A DNA stretch of 64,000 nt from Asterias rubens. Taxonomy: Eukaryota. The DNA lies in the NCBI RefSeq assembly GCF_902459465.1, contig NC_047075.1:558001-622000 (forward strand). The letters are read 5' to 3'. This document shows, piece after piece, positions 42,001-64,000 of the stretch. Position 1 is the stretch's first letter; each line of letters begins with the position of its first letter. Made by a program: the position numbers and the translations under genes. The notes below the pieces were generated by a model. The model was not told the origin of the DNA. It searched no databases and saw nothing but the letters and a program-made list of their open reading frames with translations.

Positions 42001-43917
42001 TATATTTCGATGTATTTTTGTATAAATGGTACAATTTTTAGTGTAATTTTTATATCACATATTTTTAGACACGCAAAACCAAAACGAATTTCACTGTACA
42101 AATATTTGTTTTTTACAAGTGACAATAAAACATTATTCTATTCTATTCTACATCTCTTTCTTATTACAGTAAGTAAAGAATCATTGAGTTCAAATTATGA
42201 ATGGGTTTGTTTTTATTTTCTTTGTAGGTTTACAGTAAGAGATTTCACCTACAATGAGCAAGCACTGGCTGCTGGAAAAGACCAACTCAACAAACTAGCA
42301 GCAGATAAGAAAAGGCAATATGTAAGTAACAGCATTGTAGAAAGAAATTATAATTAGTAAACTTGTGGATACAACCATGTGTAAATCTCTTATGGGAGGA
42401 TTGTTTGACCAGAGTAATATAAACATGGACTATCTTAAAGATGCCAGATTTTTGGCAGATTTGACCCCCAAAAAAAAGGTATTTTGATTGGGGTCGAGAA
42501 AGTTACAAGCTTTCATTTGAGCCATTGCTCGAAAAAGTCTGCCAATTATTAGTAGCAGTGAAAGAAAGTGCTCAAAATTAGTTTTTGTCGGGATCCCGAC
42601 AATATATCACGTGACCAATTCTTATATGTTTTATAAGAAACGTTTTAAATTTTTGTCATGGTTCCTGACCATTAAAAGCAAAAGTTTAACTTTTTTTCGT
42701 TAGAGCGGGTGATACTCTTTGAAATACCATTCACTCAAAAAAATCTATTTTTTAATGTTTGGGGCCAAAAATCTGACATAGCATCTTTAATTCGATCTAT
42801 AGTGCACGTCTACTACACCCCAAAAGACCAGAATACAGAACTGAAGTGTTTTATCATAATATTTTATCTTATCCTACAATGATGTGTGATTATTAGTTAA
42901 TGATAATTGTTTGACTGTCCATTGTTTTGCTTTTCAGGGTCCACTGGTTAGGTGGTTGAAGATCAACTTTAGTGAAGCTTTTATGGCGTGGATCCACGTT
43001 AAAGCTCTCAGGGTGTTTGTGGAATCAGTGCTAAGGTAATTACAGACAATTGTTAATAATAATAATGGCTTTTTGTATTTAGGGCTGAAATCTGTCACTC
43101 AGTAACCCTAAAGACACTGTAACACTCAGTACCTGCAGGGTATGCAGAGCTACGTTGTGAAGTATGAGACCAATTGTATTACATAGCACCATTTACAAGG
43201 TGCTGTGGTGTAACATGCAGCCAGTCAAACCATGACACAACACACTGGACCTACAGCTTTACATCCCATCCATAGGACGCAGCAATAATGATCAAGTGTC
43301 TTGCTCAAGGACACAATTGTCATGACTGGGACTCGAGCCCACACTCTGCTGATCAGAAACACTGAGAGTCCTTGCCTTCACAACCAGAATAAATTAAATG
43401 AAATTACTTGTGCACATGCAGATATGGTTTGCCAGTCAACTTCCAACCCATGCTTCTTCAACCCTACAAGAAATCCCAGAGGAAACTTCGAGAGTCATTA
43501 GCAGTACTTTATGACCACTTAGACAGCAATGCTGGCACGGCTACGGATGTAAGTATCATAATAACAATTCTGCACCTCGTCTCATAACACTCGCTAAACA
43601 TAAAGACCACATTACCCCATTCCTTCATTCTTTCCATTGGCTGCCCATCTTTGTACAGCTCTTGACTGGCACTCCCACACAAAGATATTCTATATATACA
43701 ATATTTTTGTTTTGGAGTGCATTTCGGTGAATTTAATTCTGACTAAAGGATGTGATTGGATATAAGTCCAACCTGAATCGACCAATAGAATGACAGCATT
43801 TTCCTTTTGTTTCCCCCCTAGTCTGGTTATGACATTCCGGGCCTTATGATTGGACAGCAGGAGTACTACGCTTACGTCTACTATCCAATCAACATCAACT
43901 TCTGGGAACGGTTATAA
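39027..43917 (+). CDS. ATP6V1C: V-type proton ATPase V1 subunit C, 10 coding exons, 385 aa
   Basis: Exons 39027-39235, 39677-39762, 40199-40385, 40629-40727, 40870-40938, 41703-41795, 42228-42321, 42938-43035, 43422-43548, 43822-43917 (1158 nt). Motifs include [94 protein letters not shown]. Confidence 0.96.
39420..39615 (+). mobile_element. RTE-type LINE 3' fragment
   Basis: [32 protein letters not shown] resembles the RTE C-terminal GRP..TW...DR..WR motif, followed by a (TGA)n tail. Confidence 0.65.
41338..41637. mobile_element. Harbinger-like MITE (TAA TSD)
   Basis: taa|agtcggcctcaggtcaacc ... ggtcgacctgaagccggct|taa. Confidence 0.65.
42439..42786. mobile_element. Kolobok-like MITE (TTAA TSD)
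   Basis: TTAA|AGATGC..cagattttt ... aaaaatctgacataGCATCT|TTAA. Confidence 0.55.
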
Positions 43918-46900
43918 GAGACCTATCGAAGCTCTGGACAACTCAGTATTGTGATGTAGTTGACAATGCTTTGGGAAGTTGTCATCTCTATACATTTGTA
44001 TTTATCTGAAAATTAATATACGTGAGTATTTATAAAAGTAACCCTCCTACTGTTGGTGCCATTGGTCGCATTTTCGCAGTTGCAACATTAACTGTTTCGT
44101 TCAATAGCTTGTGATTAACCAATGGCCAATTCAACAGAATTAGTTATTGGTTATAGGCATTTTGATTGACCATTCATAAATGGCAGTAGAATGCAACTAG
44201 TAAGTGAAGAAGATGTGAACACAAGAGGGCGCTAGACTGACATGGCCCTGCTTGATCTAAATCACCAACCTTTGGTTTACATAATTATTTCCTGAAACTC
44301 CCCAGAAATATAAATAAACTCCAATTTTTATTCCTTTTGCTTTGGGGGTCGTGGTTGTTCTTATTTTATGGTGTGTTTTTACTTTTATTACAAAACATTT
44401 TCCTTCAAACATGCAATTTTAGAATTTATTAAAACCGTTTACATCAAGGCCAGGAGTCGTATATAGCTTACTGCTTAACAAAAGTACGCGGGGAACTGGT
44501 AACCTACTAATATGTATCAAATGGTTTTATGGCTGGGTTACCAGTTTAGTTTCTTTGCCCTCCAAAATGGCGGGTCAAGCGAATGTTAGCGTTAGTTTGG
44601 TTACGCCAAACCTACAAACGATAGTGAGGCCCAAGGTTTATCTTCTTACATTCCTTTTGCTTTTTTTCTCAACAATTTCTTCGATTCAACAGGACTCTTT
44701 TACTTTATTAAAGAATATCTTTGTAAACCATGGCAGCATTTCTCACATTACATCATTACATCATGTATAACATAATTTGTGTAAGTGCTGGCTCCAAAGT
44801 AGTAGTGTTTTATAAGTTTTAACAAGCATATTCTAGTTGTCTGCGTAAAAGACTACTCCATTTTTATGCTACTAGCTGCTTATTGAAGTGCTTACTGTAA
44901 CATATCACTAGGCGAAAAAACAGTCAAGCAATGTGCCTGATGTAGCATTATGCTGAATAAGTTGTTTCTGCTAAGCAAATTGGAGCCAACTCAAATTTCA
45001 CTGTTCTAATTCATACTTTCTTGTATTGTATTTCCGCCTTTCAAAGTTTCAAGTCGTACTCTTTTCTTTCTGAATTCCAGGTTTAGAACTTCTAAGTTGT
45101 CCTCCTTTTGTCGTTCATTATTTTGTTATTTAAACAAAATGTTTTCTTATTAATTGATATAAATATATGTATGATAAATCCTGAATTGGTGCAAATAGAA
45201 GTAAAACATAATTGTTGCGTCCCATGTGTTGATTGTAGCAATAATCCCAAACGGAACTACTTTTTTGTCAAGTCATTGGCTAATTAAGCAGACTTAAACG
45301 ACTTTGGCTACAGCTATGTGTAGTGGATGCAGCTTCAGTGTTGATGAGTAGGCCATTTCAGTGGTCTGGCCATAGCCACAAACCGGACTTTTATTTAAGG
45401 GAGCTGCAACTTAAATTTTCTTTTTCAATTGGCAATATTTCTACATTTTATTCCCTAGGGGAAAAAAATCAAAATAACTTTGGATGTAGAATCTTATGTC
45501 AATATGAAATGAGAGCGTCTAGCATTGCTGTATCATTTTATGAAAATACCACAAATAACAGAGTTTTATAATCAATTCATATTTAAATAAGTGGTAAATA
45601 TAATTAAATAAATGTTCAAATAAAACATCCACATGGTCGAGTGGTATCATGTATTAGTACTGAATACTTTGTGAAACATTGAAATAAAATGTAAATTGTG
45701 TATACAAATAGTTAATTTCTTGCACACATCTTTTTCATTTGTAATGCTTTAAAATCTTTATAGCACAAGGTAAACGACATGTGACCAATTAGAGTACAAC
45801 ACAAAACATAATAGTAAAAGAGTAAAAGTAGACAATAATTGTGACTTTTTACAAAGCATCCCTTCAGACATTTTATTATAACATTGAAAACATTGACAGT
45901 TATATTTAAAGAAGCTGGTAAAAGAATATTCAATAAATCTGACCTCATCGGGGTCACGTGACAGTCGGAAGATGAATACTATCTATGCTTCAAAACAATC
46001 TCATGAGAAATGGTCCACAAGTGCAGTTGTTAACATAAAAAAAAAAGATAAAAGTTCAAATAAACCTTCAACTTTTCTTTGTGTTGATGAAAAAAATGCA
46101 ACTTGTATGCCACAGAAAAAGTTATTGACAAAATAGGGAGACCCCCAACAAAGGGCTAGATAGAAGCTCAGTTAGTAGAGCACTGGCACGTTAATCCCAA
46201 GGTGGTAGGTTCAAATCCTATTCTAGTCAATTGTTTTTCAATCTTAAACCACAGAAAAATTGTAAGACTGGGAAATAATGTTAAAGTAGTGCACTCCCAC
46301 AAACGACCCCTTCCATGACATCACAAGACCCAAACAGCGCCCTCACTGAGGTCAGTGAAGAGCTATCATAGGTTGATAGTACAGCGCAGCACTGGTGTAA
46401 TGTATGTTTCCAGTTTTTTACCCCAATTATGGTGACCAATGCCATAGGTCTATTACAATCATTTTCAATGTACTAAATTATTCATACAGTTTTATACTTC
46501 AAAACTTTACAATTAACATATCAGAATGGAATTGTTTTTTTCTGTTTTTAAAGTCAAGTGCATTACTTGACTGCAGAGCTCATAGAAAGCTCTATCGCAA
46601 GTGTAGCATAATCCCTCTATAAGCCACACCCACAAACTGACTCCACTGATAACCAGAAACCCATACAGCCTTAACACTGGTCCACTGGTCCACAAACACC
46701 TAAGGACCAGTCAAAAAGCTTCCCTGTTAAATATGAAATAAGGACTTGTGAACATGTTGGTGGACTTGTGACAACACAAGATTGTTTTAAGACAACAGGC
46801 TTCAAGAATTATTTGACAAAGACAATCACCCCAATTTCAGAGGGTACCAATATTTATGTTTTGGTTTTCTTCCTTTTTCCCCCTCTTAACTTTTCACAAG

Positions 46901-47079
46901 AAAAAACTGTGATTTACTTTTCAAAATGTACATTATGCTTTAAAAGATACCAGGTTTAAACTTCCAAGACAGTTTTTGTCATGAGGGTTCCTTTTTTTAT
47001 TTTTTTAACAAAGTTGAGATTAATGAACTATCTGAGCTAGAAGAATGTTGACGGTGGATATTTTCTGAGGATCTTCTGA

Positions 47080-60384
<13,305 letters not shown>

Positions 60385-61109
60385 GATGATAAGTAAAAAT
60401 AATGTCGCTTGGTGGCGCTATTCAAGTCCCATGGAATGTGATTTATTTTATTTAAAAATTAAGTATTGAAACGTATTGCCTATAAAATCAGCAGAAATAG
60501 TTTGTATGAATTTGAAAAAAAATGCTCAATTTATTAATTGTTTTACTTTAATAATAAATATTAACTATAAACAAAAATATAAATTTTTGCCTGACTTATG
60601 TGACTACTCATTTTTTTGGGATGGGGTGGCAACCAATAACGACCGTCATCCATTTTAAGTCAGAACTTCTTATTCTTCCATTGTTTTATAAAATGATTTA
60701 TTAAAATGTATAAACACTGAATACAGACTAAAATATAAAGATTAGATTTAACTCGTTTTAATTATTCTAGGTTTTTAGCCATTTCAGTTTCATTATTTCT
60801 ATCCATCAATGCTGCTGAGTGACGGTCATTTACGGTTATAGCGAAATTCATTGACTGGCTAAAATTGTATGTACTCTTCGTGCAGCAAGCCGCTCTAACA
60901 TAGACGGTCTTTGACTCAAATCAAAAATTGGTACAGATCCAAATTTGACGCTCACTTCATTCTACTTCCGCAATCAATGAATGAAAAGGCCAGTCCGCCA
61001 TGGTCTGACACAGCCGCGCCTTGGAAATTTCATCTCTTAAAAATGTTTGTAAATTGAGCATTTCTACCGCTTTTTGCCAATAAATTGAGGAAGCTGCAAC
61101 TGCATCACA
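60385..61109. promoter_or_regulatory. Probable bidirectional promoter region PSMD2/NCKAP1
   Basis: Divergent ATGs are only 725 bp apart; AP-1-like TGACTCA at 60912-60918. No TSS evidence. Confidence 0.55.
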
Positions 61110-63518
61110 ATGTCTGTGAATCAAAGCCAGCAAAAGTTGGCTGAAAAGCTGACAATTTTGGTGGATCGTGGACAGGGAATGTTGGCTCGTCTTTACAACA
61201 TCAAAAAAGTAAGTCTTCAAAATTTGCCTGTGTGTAATCTAAAAACAACACACCCACTGACCACTCTATTTCGTATTTGTAGGTGTTATAGTTTTAACTT
61301 TGCTTGTTCAACCTGAAAGAGCTGTAAATTAAAAGACATATTTCATTTGTTGTACATTCACTGCTCTCTGTTTTGATATTAAAATAGAGAACAATTGAAT
61401 TTGAATTGACAAAAAAACAATAGTAGTTAGAACATCATAAAACCTCCATGCATGGATAAGCCATTGGATAACTTTCCCTATGGCGCCACCACTTTTTCAC
61501 TCTTTTTTACAAAAAGGGATATCTCATTGAGGTAAATTAGATACTATATTATTTCATATCGAATGAAAAACTGGTGGCGCCATAATGGCATACCTACGGA
61601 AACTTTTCCAAGCCATTTATTTTTTATTTATTTAGATTTAGAATACCCGAGCACAAAATCAACAGTCAACATCAAGTAAAAACACACCCTGATGACCCAA
61701 TTTCAATTCAAGCCAAACATCCAAACTTTTTGGTTGGGTCGAGAATGTTCCACAGTTTTGGATAAAACAGGCGGAGTACCATCGTAATCGTATTGTACTT
61801 TATTTGTATTTGCTTTTAAGATTGTGTAACCTACACACAAAAATAACTTTACAATGTTTACTGTTTGTAGAAATGTATTGCATTTACATGGTTTATTACC
61901 TATATTTTGCCATTCACAGTCTACTGTTTTAAAATTAATTAACTTTTTGATTTATTTTCTCTGTATTTTTTTTGAATGATTTGACTGGAAATTTAATAAT
62001 AATTATTTTTCTTTCTCAGGCATGTCAAGATCCGAGGTCACGTCCAGCATTTCTTTCTGAAAAAGCTCTGGAGCCATGTCTGAAGAGCATCGTCAAGAAG
62101 TTCCCAAACACAGAGAAAAACACACAGGTATAAAAACATTGTATTCAATGCAGAGGACACTATTGGTAATTGTCAAAGACTAGCCTTCACAGTTGGTGTA
62201 TCTCAACATATGCATAAAATAACAAACATGTACAAATTTGAGCTCAATCGGTCTTCGAAGTTGCGAGATAATAATGAAAGAAAAAAACACCCTTATCACA
62301 CGAAGTTGTGTGCGTTTAGATGGTTGATTTCGGGACCTCAAGTTCTACATGTAAATCTAAGGTCTCGAAATCAAATTCGTGGAAAATTACTTCTTTCTCA
62401 AAAACTATGGCACTTCAGAGGGAGCAGTTTCTCACAATGTTTGATACCATCAACCTCTCCACATTACTCGTCACCGAGAAAGGTTTTATGCTAATAATTA
62501 ATTTGAGTAAGTACCAATACTGTCCACTGCCTTTAATTACTATATATTTGAGGGTTTCCGAGTGTGCCTGAAGAAAAGGCACAGATGGGATTCGAACCAC
62601 TTGATTTTTAAACTGGACTGTAAGTCTGATGCCAGCATGTGTTTGGCCAGTAATCACATGACCAGACACGTCTGGCTGTGTGTTTTTCAATTGAATAATA
62701 ATACCTCACTGTCTAATATCTAAACAGAAACAAATTATGTTCAAATGTTGGCTTTGAATCTGATGTACCTTTCAATTCTGTCTCAATTCCCTTCCCTCAG
62801 AAAAAAATAAGAATTTACTTCCATGAATCAAGTTAGTAAAATTGTAGAATATAAAGCAAGACAAGTACTCAAAAGAACATTATGCTAACCATTAAAGGAA
62901 CACTTTGCCTTGGATTGGTCGAGTTGGTATTTGAAAAGCGTTTGTAACCGTTTTTAATAAAATGCATATATGGGTAGAAAGATGTTGTAAAAGTATAATA
63001 CAATGATCCACACAAACACGCCTTGTAATTGAGCGGTTTTCCGTTTACCTCGTCAAAAATTTGACTCACATTAATGGCTGACCGTGTTAGCTCACAAAGT
63101 AAGAGGAAAACCGTGCAATTTCCAGGCAAATTTGTGTGGATCATTGGATTCTTCTTTTAAAACATCTTTCGAACCATATGATTTTATAACAAACGGTCAT
63201 AAACGCTTTTTAAAGACCAACTCGTCGATCAAAGGCAACGTGTTCCTTTAATACACCCATGGTGTAACCGCAAACCAAAATGTACATTGATACCTCACCA
63301 TGCAATGTCTCAAATCCCATGTAAGAATCAACTTCCTTATTTATAAAGAGAAATCCCTAATCTTAAAGCAGTGCTGTTGTTTTCTGAACGAATTGTCAAC
63401 GTGTGTTTTTGTTTCCTACGTACAGGGTCAACTTGCCCCGATAGATCAACGTAAATCTGAAATCTTAAAAGTGCTGAGTGTCTACTACACAACCTTCCGC
63501 GATATCCATGAATACACG
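61110..63518 (+). CDS. NCKAP1: Nck-associated protein 1 (NAP1/HEM-2, WAVE complex), first three exons; gene continues beyond the window
   Basis: Exons 61110-61208, 62020-62127, 63426-63518 give [33 protein letters not shown]|[29 protein letters not shown]...|[27 protein letters not shown], matching the NCKAP1 N-terminus [28 protein letters not shown]. Confidence 0.94.
62896..63247. mobile_element. Kolobok-like MITE (TTAA TSD)
   Basis: TTAA|AGGAACACTTTGCCTTGGATTGG ... CGATCAAAGGCAACGTGTTCCT|TTAA. Confidence 0.7.
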
Positions 63519-64000
63519 GTAAGCTGACCACTGTCCCCCCCCCCCCCCCCCCCACCATTGGAAATGCACATGTGCACATATGCAGGCTTTGAACTTCGTT
63601 CTTGAAGGGGGACAGCAATTTCCCTCAAATAAGGGGTACTTCTATGACAAAAATGTAAATTTGTATTGGAACTTTGCAGAGGGCACTACAGCAAAAGCAT
63701 AGGGTACCACTGCAGTGTGGGTGTAGTGAGTTATTTTGAGACCTGGTAATTTGACAGATTTATGAAGAAGGTGACAGTCCCTTTAAGCTGGACATCCCTG
63801 TTGCTTTTGTTTGTAAGATTTATTTACACAATGAATCTCATGCTGGGGTTAATCTGGATGGAATGGGAGTTACATGTAGGTGGTGTACATATGTACATAG
63901 TGTGGTCTTATTAATGTCAACCCACTTCCTTGTTCTTAAAACAGCGATACTTATGGTGTGTAGAAGACTACAATATATTGAATCTACATGTACCAGGGTC

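Noticed and set aside
44220-44236. CTCF-like motifs (..AGAGGGCGC..) here and near 16340, 25080, 46325
   Set aside because: Short partial matches, one of which falls in PSMD2 coding sequence (near 53970); cannot be told from chance without PWM scanning or ChIP.
60813-60823. Antioxidant response element (Nrf1/CNC site) for PSMD2
   Set aside because: GTCACTCAGCA mismatches the core TGAC; too weak to call without conservation data.

Overview
AT-rich, intron-rich animal genomic DNA, probably an invertebrate deuterostome such as an echinoderm (inferred from protein and repeat style, not verified). I reconstructed six spliced genes by hand from GT-AG junctions. They form three consecutive divergent pairs: <-DNAAF1 (12 coding exons, 616 aa) / G-protein gamma-> (65 aa); <-ARF6 (175 aa) / ATP6V1C-> (385 aa); <-PSMD2 (19 exons, 909 aa) / NCKAP1-> (first 3 exons, runs off the window). 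Introns are full of MITEs (Kolobok-like TTAA, Harbinger-like TAA/TTA, unclassified palindromic families), tRNA-derived SINEs and LINE 3' fragments (L2/CR1, RTE, R4/Dong-like). Two things stand out. First, in three essential genes a tandem repeat amplifies an exon-intron junction itself: 39 in-frame donor copies in DNAAF1, 8 acceptor copies in PSMD2 (7 lead to an immediate stop) and 3 acceptor copies in ARF6. Second, an 871-bp foldback element with a 9-bp target duplication and outward-facing leader-exon/donor motifs sits between ARF6 and ATP6V1C. All coordinates were counted by eye; no alignments or database searches were run, and assembly artefact is not excluded for the arrays.
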